The notes: generated by a model not told the origin, from the letters alone. Positions 1 to 8,005 are shown, counted from the stretch's first letter. The stretch is DNA of 12,633 nucleotides from Candidatus Iainarchaeum sp. (GCA_043809245.1 JAZDDZ010000021.1:1-12633), one strand, 5' to 3'. Translations and numbers: made by a program.

Positions 1-137
1 GCTTTTTCTCGAACAACATTTACAGAATTAGTGCGTTTAAGGGGACCATCTGGCTGTTCCCCTTAACAACCCCTTACCAAAGCCTCGATTCATCTATCCC
101 CTAAAGGGGATAAAGGTTTCTCTCGGCAACGGAACTA
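1..137. mobile_element. Probable terminal region of an IS200/IS605-family (HUH) insertion sequence or its non-autonomous derivative; the element extends beyond the left edge
   Basis: There are two hairpins. The first is TTAAGGGGA(37-45)/TCCCCTTAA(58-66). The second is TATCCCC(95-101)-TAAA-GGGGATA(106-112), within the context ATTCATC...CTAAAG...GGTTTCTCTCGGCAAC, which resembles subterminal palindromes of archaeal IS200/IS605 elements. The segment abuts a truncated gene and puts in-frame stops (102-104, 111-113) upstream of it. No transposase is visible and the junction is approximate. Confidence 0.6.
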
Positions 138-290
138 AAAATAACAATTCAGCACTCTTATTCGCATTCTTGGGCTGGGCTTCAATTTGCCGATGTCCTT
201 GCATGGGCTTGCTTTCAAAAGTTTGAGCACTCCAATTCAGAGTATGTTGATTTGATAAAGATAGAACAAGAGGTTTACCATGTTTGGTAA
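138..290 (+). pseudogene. 3' fragment of a DUF3800-family (predicted RNase H-like fold) gene, interrupted upstream
   Basis: Manual translation gives KITIQHSYSHSWAGLQFADVLAWACFQKFEHSNSEYVDLIKIEQEVYHVW* (TAA 288-290). The S-x4-GLQFAD-x2-A segment matches the C-terminal QxAD motif typical of DUF3800. There is no ATG between the upstream in-frame stop (111-113) and this motif. Confidence 0.75.
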
Positions 291-360
291 AAAAATTGCA
301 GAACCCAAAAGCACTAGAACGTGCACCTCAAGGTACACTGGCTTTTAGGTTTTACCTGCT
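289..360 (-). ncRNA. Putative ~70-nt structured small RNA convergent on the DUF3800 gene (DUF3800-associated RNA motif-like)
   Basis: The minus strand reads GCAG-GTAA-AACCTAAAAGC-CA-GTGTACCT-TG-AGGTGCAC-GTTCTAGT-GCTTTTGGGTT-CTGC-AA-TTTTTTT. This forms three nested stems (356-359/298-301, 341-351/302-312, 331-338/321-328). Both non-Watson-Crick positions are G-U wobbles only on the minus strand. A TATA box lies upstream and a T7 run downstream. Confidence 0.7.
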
Positions 361-380
361 AAAATATTAATCGGTTTAAC

Positions 381-403
381 TAATTATAAATGTTTCTTTT
401 TCG
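381..403 (-). promoter_or_regulatory. Archaeal BRE/TATA promoter for the small RNA
   Basis: The minus strand reads GAAAAAGAAACA-TTTATAAT, with TATA at 390-383. This is about 23 nt upstream of the first stem base (~360), the usual archaeal TATA-to-start spacing. Confidence 0.6.
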
Positions 404-408
404 CAAAA

Positions 409-1650
409 TCAGGTGCTGTAAGTGCACTGCGCTGTTTCAGAGGTGACAATGCTTTCCGTGGAATTGTAGTCCAGGTGCACAGTTATCTGATTGCCTGCGA
501 CTACGGATTTATTCAGGTTGGCGTGCGCTATCACTGTATCTGATTTGTTCATCCTCACGTCTGTCCTGTTAACGGAAGTCGGGGAAACGTTTGAATCAAA
601 GTAAATGGAATAATTCAGCCATGTTCCACCGCTTGCATTCTGAAGTGCAATCTGGAATTCTTCCCCAGACTCAAGGAAATTGTGCGCAAGGTATTTTGCA
701 CCTGAAAAGCCAGTGCATTCTCTCAGTGAAGCGGCTGAAACCGGAACAGCCCACACAATTTTTTCCTTGTCGGTTTCAATGTTAAGCAGGTCAAATTCAA
801 CCTTTAAGGAATCCACTGCAACCGGAACCTCCCAGGTAAGCGTTCCAGAAACATTTCTCCCAGGCTCTATCCTTCCCGCCCTTGAATTCATTCCATCAAA
901 CCTAATGTTAAGGCCCAAACCATATTTGTTGCCGAGGCTGTCGGAAGAGGAAAAATTGGATGCCTGAATGTTTGCGTTTTTAGCGCCGTTGTTTGTAATT
1001 TTTGCCCAAACCGTGAAATACTCTTTTCCGTCTCCCGGAGAGTTTAGCTTTATCGAGCCGCCGAAACCTGAAAGCATTTCCTGCGCTATCTCGGCCTTGT
1101 AAACCTCAAAATTTAATCCGGCAACCTCAACGCTTTGCCCGAAGTTAAGGTTGATTATTTTTCCCGAAGTGCCAACAGGTGGCACGATTTCACAGTTCCA
1201 GGCGCATTTTTTGCTTTCGCAGGCCCACGCGCCAACGCATTCAGCGTGCGCCAGGCCTTTTCCCCCGCACTCGGAAGCCGCGGCGCAGTAATCAGAATCA
1301 GCGGGCAACTGGCAGTCCCTTTCCTCTGCCGGCTTCAACTCAATTGTTCCGCAATTGGATGAATCGCTGCATGACCTTGACTGCGTTCCGTTGCTGCAGG
1401 CGCTCCATTCAGTGCAATTCCAGTTCTCATTGCAATTGGTTAAAGGCGGCTGCGGAGGCAGCAGGTTAATGGCAATCACGATTGCGACAAGGACAAAGAG
1501 AAGCACTGCAATGATGCCCAAAAGCTTGCCCATGCTTAAGCCGCCCGCGCTTCCAGCATGCTTTGGCTTTTCCTCCGGCGGCTTGCGGAACTCCTGCTCG
1601 AAAATCGCAGACTTGGAACTTTCCGGAATGCCCATGCCCTGGTCTCTCAT
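409..1650 (-). CDS. Single-pass membrane-anchored surface protein with Cys-rich modules, a DUF4352-like Ig-fold domain and a C-terminal beta-rich domain
   Basis: 413-aa ORF with a TM helix (LLGIIAVLLFVLVAIVIAINLL) and a thrombospondin-1-like segment (CNENWNCTEWSACSNGTQSRSCSD). A second 6-Cys module follows, then a DUF4352-like stretch (YFTVWAKITNNG...DSLGNKY...IEPGRNVSGTLTWEVP). It has many N-x-S/T sequons. Confidence 0.85.
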   Translation of the reverse strand: MRDQGMGIPESSKSAIFEQEFRKPPEEKPKHAGSAGGLSMGKLLGIIAVLLFVLVAIVIAINLLPPQPPLTNCNENWNCTEWSACSNGTQSRSCSDSSNCGTIELKPAEERDCQLPADSDYCAAASECGGKGLAHAECVGAWACESKKCAWNCEIVPPVGTSGKIINLNFGQSVEVAGLNFEVYKAEIAQEMLSGFGGSIKLNSPGDGKEYFTVWAKITNNGAKNANIQASNFSSSDSLGNKYGLGLNIRFDGMNSRAGRIEPGRNVSGTLTWEVPVAVDSLKVEFDLLNIETDKEKIVWAVPVSAASLRECTGFSGAKYLAHNFLESGEEFQIALQNASGGTWLNYSIYFDSNVSPTSVNRTDVRMNKSDTVIAHANLNKSVVAGNQITVHLDYNSTESIVTSETAQCTYST

Positions 1651-1665
1651 CGCATTAAGTAAGGC

Positions 1666-1686
1666 AAAAGGGATTAATAAATTTAA
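1666..1686. promoter_or_regulatory. AT-rich TATA region of the divergent promoter between the surface protein gene and the PAC2 gene
   Basis: The 64-bp intergenic gap contains AAAAGGGA-TTAATAAATTTAA. The TATA-like core (1674-1686) is about 23 nt from the minus-strand ATG (1650) and about 28 nt from the plus-strand ATG (1715). No SD is evident, which suggests leaderless or short-leader mRNAs. Confidence 0.45.
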
Positions 1687-1714
1687 CTATCGTTCAATAT
1701 ATTGAGTTGTTTTC

Positions 1715-2470
1715 ATGGCTGAAAAATTCGTTAAATTCGTTGAAGTGTGCCCGCTTAACATAAAGGGTTACACGCTGATTGAAGGGTTTCCGGGAATGGG
1801 CTTGGTTGGAACAATTGCCGCAAAATACCTTGTTGAGAAAATGAAGTTCAGGGAATGCGGCTACATTGACTCAAATGCCTTTGTTCCAATAATCAGGATA
1901 CACAAGGGCGTTCCTGTCAGGCCTTCGCGCATTTACGTTAACGATGAGCAAAAACTGGCGGTTCTTATCTCCGAGCAGATCATTCCGCGAAATTTCACGG
2001 ATTATTTTGCAAGGGCAATGGTTGAATGGACTCTGCAGAAGGGAGTGAAGCGCGTGATAAGCCTTGCGGGAATACACACTGATGCGCCTGATGGGGCCAA
2101 AAAGCAGTTGATTTACGGGATTGCGGCAAACGAAAAATCAAAGGAAATGCTGAAAAAACACGAACTCGAAATCATCGAGGACGGGATAACCACTGGCGTT
2201 ACAGCGCTGATTTTAATGGACTTCAAGGCAACTGATTTGGAGGCCATCTCCATTATGGGCAATGTGAAAATTGCCGCGGACTACGAGGCTGCTGCAGAGT
2301 TGTTGAAAAAACTCAACGAAATAATCGGGCTGGAGATAAACATTGAGCCATTGCTGAAGGAAGCAAAGGAAACAGAGAAAGAACTGCTTAAACAAATGCA
2401 GAGAGTCCGAGAAACGCATGAAACAGTCAACAGGCTTGAATCAAAAACCCCCACGCCCATGTACACTTAA
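1715..2470 (+). CDS. PAC2-family proteasome assembly chaperone homologue (PbaA/PbaB-like)
   Basis: 251 aa with the hallmark N-terminal LIEGFPGMGLVGTIAAKYL motif, VISLAGI, GITTGVTALIL and a C-terminal helical tail ending in M-Y-T (HbYX). Confidence 0.93.
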   Translation: MAEKFVKFVEVCPLNIKGYTLIEGFPGMGLVGTIAAKYLVEKMKFRECGYIDSNAFVPIIRIHKGVPVRPSRIYVNDEQKLAVLISEQIIPRNFTDYFARAMVEWTLQKGVKRVISLAGIHTDAPDGAKKQLIYGIAANEKSKEMLKKHELEIIEDGITTGVTALILMDFKATDLEAISIMGNVKIAADYEAAAELLKKLNEIIGLEINIEPLLKEAKETEKELLKQMQRVRETHETVNRLESKTPTPMYT

Positions 2471-2521
2471 ATAAACGCCCCAACCATCGGTTTTTTAAAG
2501 AAAAAAAGGCAATAATTGGTT

Positions 2522-3322
2522 ATGCCTCCAGCTGTTCGTCCAAGGCCAAGAGCTGCGCAAAGCGCACTTACTGAAGCAGAGCGTAATGCAGCAGTGGCTG
2601 CAGCCACAAGGCAGGCGGAAAAAGACCACTTTGAGCAAGAAGCATATGCTGAGCGAAGGAAGCAATTAGAAGCCGGAGCCGCAGAGGCAAAGAAAAATTT
2701 TTTTGAAAGGCTGGATGTTCAGCACCGCGTGGAACTACACAACCTTATGCACGAACTTATTCTCAGCAAAGCGGCAATAGGTTCTGGAAAGAAGTACATG
2801 GAGAAAAACAAGCGGTTTAGGTTTCTGCGGTTGAAAAAAGACGTAAAATTCTGGGGAAAGAAAGGCGATATTCCTGTTCTTTCGGCCGCCCGCAACGCCG
2901 TCAACAAGCACTTGTTTAAAGGTTACGGCAAAGCCGGCTTAGACCCGATTACGGCAAAAGATATTATGCCAAGGAAAATGAATGCAGGGGCCTTGGCGAA
3001 AGAGGCAGAAAATTTTATGGAGCTTTCCCGCAGATTGGCTGCCTTATGCGAAGGCTTAAACAGGGAATACCAGAATATTCTTCCGGAAAGAATCACTCCG
3101 GAAAATTTATTCAATTCCTATCTAACGGAAGGCATTATGCCAAGGAAGGGAGAAAAACCCTCAATCACGCCTTTAATGAGCGTGAAAAGTCCACAGGCGC
3201 AGCTTGAGCGGGAAAGGATTGGCAACCTAGTAAACACCGCCAGCAACTGGAGCAGGCCACTAAATGAGTTGGTAATCCTTATCAGAACAGCTGAATATTC
3301 AGGAAAAATAAGGGAACAATAA
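2522..3322 (+). CDS. Hypothetical basic, helical protein
   Basis: Long ORF filling the gap between two genes. The tracked start is TTG at 2516, but the in-frame ATG at 2522 is more likely, lying about 22 nt after a TTTTTTAAAG TATA-like box (2491-2500). No family was recognised. Confidence 0.75.
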   Translation: MPPAVRPRPRAAQSALTEAERNAAVAAATRQAEKDHFEQEAYAERRKQLEAGAAEAKKNFFERLDVQHRVELHNLMHELILSKAAIGSGKKYMEKNKRFRFLRLKKDVKFWGKKGDIPVLSAARNAVNKHLFKGYGKAGLDPITAKDIMPRKMNAGALAKEAENFMELSRRLAALCEGLNREYQNILPERITPENLFNSYLTEGIMPRKGEKPSITPLMSVKSPQAQLERERIGNLVNTASNWSRPLNELVILIRTAEYSGKIREQ

Positions 3323-3335
3323 AAAAATTCGCAGC

Positions 3336-6300
3336 CTATTTTTCTCTCTTGCCTTTCCGCGCCATTGCATTGAATCTCGCGAAAACCATTACAGCCAAGA
3401 TTGCCGACAAGAACAGCGCGAGGAGCAATGGGTTTTCAGGCAAAGAGGGAAGGTTTAGCAAGTCAAAGCCGCTGCCTGAACCAGTGTTGACTGTGACAAC
3501 GTTGCCTGCAGCGGTTGATGTAACCGCGCCGTTTGGCCCGACTTGGGTGCTCATGCCCTTGTCCTTGAATGCCTCAAGCAATGGCAGCAGTTGCGCGTTC
3601 TCCGCGTACCATAACCCTTTGTCCGGGTCGTAATAAAATGAGCCGTTTTTTCCTTCAGCCATTCTCAGGGTTTCAGGCGCGCCATTGTTGTAAGTCAAAG
3701 TTGGAACTCCGTTTGGCGCCGAGAAATCAAAGGTATGCTCTACTCCGTTTTCGTCAATGAATTTGAATCCAGTCGGAGTCTGCATAAATGTTCCTGTCAA
3801 ATCCTTTGTTTCGCCTGTTTCCTTGTCAATTATCTTCAAATGCTGTTGGCATTCAGGCGGAGTGCCGCTGTAAAGAACATAGCGTTTTGTCGCTGTTTCA
3901 AACACCTGGAACGGCCCCATTTTTTCCAAGGATTTGTTGAATGCGTCAACGCGCTGCATTGCAAGGTCAGAGTCAGGGTTCCCTTCAACCTCAAAATCAA
4001 CTGCAGGCTCTTCGCAGCCAGTGTCAGGGTTTTCAATGCTTGTGAGGTTTGCCTTTAAATTGGATGCATCAGCCTGCTGCAGTATTCCCTGCTCGTGGTG
4101 CCTTAACCAAACCAAAAGGCAGCCGTCCGGCTTTACGACAATTGTTCCGTTCTTTAACTGGATTGATTCAAGTTCTCCAACCTCCGGCGCTTCGTCAATT
4201 GAGCCCTGAAGCTCTACGCGTTTATTGGCTTTGATGATTATCTTTGCATTGCTTCCCTGCGCGAGTTTTCTTGGGGTGCCTTCCGCAATTATTTTGTCAT
4301 TCAGGGGCGTGATGCTTGGGTGAGAGGAAGTTACAACCGCGTCAACCAAGCCGAACGCATCAGCAAGGTTGTCGCTTGAAAGAGGCAGGCCTGTCTGCTC
4401 TTCAATGCCGCCCTGAATGCAGCTTAAAATGCTTGCGTCTTTCACAAAAGCGTTTCCCTTTGCGTCAATTTCAAACATTGCGTTGTTTGAATCCCCTGTG
4501 CAGACAATTGTCATTCTCTGCGGGATTTCTGTTGCGGGAATCTGCAGGTTGTCCATGCTCATCCTAACCGCGTCAGCGTTTGTCAGTACAGGCACCAATT
4601 CATTTGAGTCAGCGTCTTTTCTTGACATCACGCCGTTTGCGTAATCAAACACAAGGCCTATGTTTCCATCCTGGCTTTCAATGACATTTTGCCCCCTGGT
4701 TTTGTACTTTGAGGGAGTAATCTGGCAGTTGGGTCCGCACCAGAAATAGAAAAGCTTTTTTCCAGTGAGTGCGCCGCTTGAAAGGCCCTGCGTGTTAAGC
4801 GTTGCCTGAACCAAATCAGCTTCTTTTGCGTTTGAAACAAATTTTTCAATGTCGCCTTTAAGCTGGTCAACTGCGTCCTGCGTCAAAGAATTGGAGTCGC
4901 CTTCAAATGCCCCCAAAAACTGGTTTTTGAGGTCGTCAACCATGTTGCCTACTTTTTCCGTTGAAACCTCTGAAGTGCCGCCTGTTTTGTCTTCTTCTTT
5001 TTTGACTGGCACAAAGTAGTGCGCGTAATAGCCTTCCTCTGTGTCAACGCAGTCCTGGAGTTTTGGAGTCACAAGAGTCTGGATTGCAGCTGTGCCAAAA
5101 ATGCCGGCCCAATCGAAAAGGAAATAAGTTGAAGCCTCAAGGGTTCCAAGCGTTAGCGCCGCTGTCCTGGCTGATGAAAAGTCAATTCCAAGCAGCAAGT
5201 CCTTTAATGCGTCACCGCAGGTTTTCTTGTCATTGATTGCGTTGACAAGGTTAATGCCTTCCCCTGCATCCTCCTGGTCTGACATTTTTCCTTTAAGGTC
5301 AGTGTGGTGCGCAAAGGCGATAAGCGTCTGGCCTTTTTCCTTTGCCTTTTCAGAAAGCGTGTCCTCCAAAATGTATGAATTAATGCCGTTGCCTACGCTG
5401 AAGTTCGGGGAGAAAGTCTTTAGGTCTTCGGTTGAAAGCGTGACACCGCAGTTAACGCATTCGCTCTGCGTGCTTAAATAGTATGCAAGGTTTTCCGTTT
5501 CATTCCTCATCTCCCTTCCAGTCATCTGGTTGTAGAAGTCCTTTAACGGCGAGAACTTGTCCGAGACTTCATTCAAAACCAGTTTCCAGGGAAGATAGTT
5601 AAGCATTTTCACAAAGATGTCGCCCTGGTCTGAGCCCTCGTTTGCGAAAAAATCAATGTATGCGTCGCCGTAAATCTTTCCCTGCCCTAAAACAAACCGC
5701 AGTTCATACCATGTCTCAGGCAGCTGGTACATTGAAAGGCCTTCAACGTTAAGGCCCCTTTTCGCGCCCCAGTAAAAGAATGGGTAAGCAGTCCACTTTG
5801 CGCCGCCCTTGACTGAAAAATAGCTTTTGAAGAACTCCTCTTCCTGCGCCATTAATTTGTCCAAGGCGCTCCAGTAACTTCTTTCAACAAAATTCCTTTC
5901 CCTGAGCCCCCTTAAAATTCTTGCGGAGTTAACAGGCGGCCTTGCAATCCTCAAATCGTACATTCGGAAATTGCTCAGGCGCCAGGCGAACTCGTATGGA
6001 GTCATTTCCTGCGCTGCAACCATTTGGCCGGAAAAAATCTGCGCTTTTCCAGTTACAGTCTGCTTGATGTATTCAATGTTTGCGCCTGAAAGCTTCAGGT
6101 ATTCGCCCCTGTCGTTTTTCACGAACATTTTTGCGCCTGGCACCATTGCGCCCTCCAACTCGCCTTTTTCCACTTCGCTTACAAGCTGCGAGGGCTTGAA
6201 TTTGTAAAGGACAAGGTTGTCGCCGCTTGTCTCAAAGACAAAGTTGTGCTTTCCCGCTGCTTCCCCTGTCCAGTTGCCGAAGTGGCCGTCGTTTGCAAAC

Positions 6301-7847
6301 TTGTCAAAAATTGTCCTCGGAATCCTCGAGTCATCTGAAACCATTATGAATTCGCCTGTGCCCAAATCCTTTATCGCCTTGTCATTCAACTTAAAAATCG
6401 GGTGCGTTGAAGCATAGTACTGCACATCAGGGCCAATCGTGTCATCAATCCAGTTTCCTGTTTTTGCAACAGCCCTGCCGAAATTTATTCTCGCGGCAAT
6501 TTCCTCAGAGCTGCCCAAGCCAGCCCTTGCGGCTATTTGATTGTATTCCTGCTGCGCAACCTTTGAAGGATAATCTATTGCGCGGTAAATGCTGCGCATG
6601 TCCTTCACGCTCTGCACTAACGCGGTTTTCCTTTCAACCGTTGTCACAGTGTCAAGGTATCCGCCTGCCTTTGAAATGTCATTCCACCACTGCTCAAACT
6701 GCGCTGTCTGGATTATCGGCGCATACTGCTGGCCTGCGCCCTTGTAGTTCAGTGAAAAGTCAAGCTCGTTGAAGCCGTACTTGTCAATTTTTGCCTTATA
6801 GCGCAGAATCCTTGACTTGCCCAAAAATGTATCCGGATTATTGAAAACGTATTTCCATTGGTCAACGAGTTCGTCAAGCTTTGCCTGCCAGGGCCAGGCG
6901 ACTTTCCTTGCACTCCAGTGGAATGCCTTTTTTGTCGCGCCCCAGAACATCGGGCCGACGTTTGAAACAGTCAGTTCAGCGCTTGTCCAGGCGTTAAAGT
7001 ACTTGTCAAAAAAAGAGTAAGAGCTGATAAGGCAGCCCTGGTCGCGGCAATTTGTTTCCATTCTTGACTCAAAGAAGTCAGTGAAAATGCTGTTTGGAAT
7101 CATCTGCGACTGTATTCTCTGCGCTGTCTTGAGCTGCGAGGAATTGTCGTCAAGCTGCGTGTCAAGCAGGCGCGCCTGCAGCGCATCATTCTCTTCTTTT
7201 GTCAGGCCCATTATTCCCTCGTTTGCATCCCTGCCGAAAATATTCTTTATGCCCGAGGTAATCTCTTCCTTTACAATTTTTATTCCGTCACCGCTGTTCC
7301 TGTACTGCAAGTTTCCCCCTAACACAGAGCACTTCTTGTCCTCAGGGTCCTTGCATACGCCTGTGCGCAGCGAGTCCTCCAAATCAATGCCCACAGAAAA
7401 AGAGCCCTTGATGTAATTGTTGAGCAAATGGCTTACTTCCCATGGCTCGATTTTCTGGCTCGGCGCCTCGGTTTTCGCTGCCTCGTTGCTGTCAAAATCG
7501 TGCATGACAAGCGTATTGTTGTCAAGCATTTGCCTGTCAGTGTTTGCAGGAGTGCCGGAACTTAACTGCGAGCCCAAAAGACCGTCTTTCAACAGGTCCT
7601 GGACTGCCTGTGCTTCCTTTTGGGATAGCTCTGTTGAACCGCAGGAAAAAGAAGCGCTGGCTGAATCCGCTTCGCCTGCCGCTGCATCCGCAGAGGTTGC
7701 CGGGGCTTCAAGGCCATTGGCTGCATCCGCCAATGAAGCTGTTGGCGCGGCATTGGCTGCACTTGTTTCAGCTGCAAAAGCAAGGGGCGAGCTTAACATC
7801 AAGAGCAGGATGAAAAGTGCGGGAAAAAGGGTTTTTCTCATCGGCAT
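3336..7847 (-). CDS. Very large secreted, C-terminally anchored cell-surface protein of unknown function
   Basis: 1503-aa ORF with a signal peptide (MRKTLFPALFILLLMLSSPLAFA) and an Ala-rich linker. It has Cys pairs in the N- and C-terminal regions and ends in LPSLPENP + hydrophobic helix + basic tail (RKGKREK). The alternative start is ATG at 7841. Confidence 0.92.
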   Translation of the reverse strand: MPMRKTLFPALFILLLMLSSPLAFAAETSAANAAPTASLADAANGLEAPATSADAAAGEADSASASFSCGSTELSQKEAQAVQDLLKDGLLGSQLSSGTPANTDRQMLDNNTLVMHDFDSNEAAKTEAPSQKIEPWEVSHLLNNYIKGSFSVGIDLEDSLRTGVCKDPEDKKCSVLGGNLQYRNSGDGIKIVKEEITSGIKNIFGRDANEGIMGLTKEENDALQARLLDTQLDDNSSQLKTAQRIQSQMIPNSIFTDFFESRMETNCRDQGCLISSYSFFDKYFNAWTSAELTVSNVGPMFWGATKKAFHWSARKVAWPWQAKLDELVDQWKYVFNNPDTFLGKSRILRYKAKIDKYGFNELDFSLNYKGAGQQYAPIIQTAQFEQWWNDISKAGGYLDTVTTVERKTALVQSVKDMRSIYRAIDYPSKVAQQEYNQIAARAGLGSSEEIAARINFGRAVAKTGNWIDDTIGPDVQYYASTHPIFKLNDKAIKDLGTGEFIMVSDDSRIPRTIFDKFANDGHFGNWTGEAAGKHNFVFETSGDNLVLYKFKPSQLVSEVEKGELEGAMVPGAKMFVKNDRGEYLKLSGANIEYIKQTVTGKAQIFSGQMVAAQEMTPYEFAWRLSNFRMYDLRIARPPVNSARILRGLRERNFVERSYWSALDKLMAQEEEFFKSYFSVKGGAKWTAYPFFYWGAKRGLNVEGLSMYQLPETWYELRFVLGQGKIYGDAYIDFFANEGSDQGDIFVKMLNYLPWKLVLNEVSDKFSPLKDFYNQMTGREMRNETENLAYYLSTQSECVNCGVTLSTEDLKTFSPNFSVGNGINSYILEDTLSEKAKEKGQTLIAFAHHTDLKGKMSDQEDAGEGINLVNAINDKKTCGDALKDLLLGIDFSSARTAALTLGTLEASTYFLFDWAGIFGTAAIQTLVTPKLQDCVDTEEGYYAHYFVPVKKEEDKTGGTSEVSTEKVGNMVDDLKNQFLGAFEGDSNSLTQDAVDQLKGDIEKFVSNAKEADLVQATLNTQGLSSGALTGKKLFYFWCGPNCQITPSKYKTRGQNVIESQDGNIGLVFDYANGVMSRKDADSNELVPVLTNADAVRMSMDNLQIPATEIPQRMTIVCTGDSNNAMFEIDAKGNAFVKDASILSCIQGGIEEQTGLPLSSDNLADAFGLVDAVVTSSHPSITPLNDKIIAEGTPRKLAQGSNAKIIIKANKRVELQGSIDEAPEVGELESIQLKNGTIVVKPDGCLLVWLRHHEQGILQQADASNLKANLTSIENPDTGCEEPAVDFEVEGNPDSDLAMQRVDAFNKSLEKMGPFQVFETATKRYVLYSGTPPECQQHLKIIDKETGETKDLTGTFMQTPTGFKFIDENGVEHTFDFSAPNGVPTLTYNNGAPETLRMAEGKNGSFYYDPDKGLWYAENAQLLPLLEAFKDKGMSTQVGPNGAVTSTAAGNVVTVNTGSGSGFDLLNLPSLPENPLLLALFLSAILAVMVFARFNAMARKGKREK

Positions 7848-8005
7848 TCCTTTGTATATTATTATTAAAGTGAATATAAGTTTAATGCCTTTGGGCTATT
7901 TATTTGTTTCCGTGAAAAAAAGCCCTTTTTGCAGCCCCCCGCCATATCTTTAAATAACATTACAATGGAATAAGATATTTTGCAGCACAATTGAAAGCGC
8001 GTTGA

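Noticed and set aside
37-112. The two GGGG/CCCC hairpins as a CRISPR repeat pair or simple terminators
   Set aside because: They are not identical direct repeats, there is no array periodicity, and no T-tract follows. An IS-end interpretation fits better.
298-359. Hairpin as a tRNA fragment (GTTCTA resembles a T-loop start)
   Set aside because: There is no cloverleaf, T-stem or acceptor/CCA arrangement. The fold is a single interrupted stem.
7681-7730. Repeated GCTGCATCCGC in the Ala-rich linker of the large protein
   Set aside because: It is explained by repeated ADAA codons in a low-complexity linker.
3349-7953. Many short plus-strand and alternative-frame ORFs within the 1503-aa gene
   Set aside because: They are shadow ORFs overlapping a well-formed long CDS and carry no recognisable motifs.
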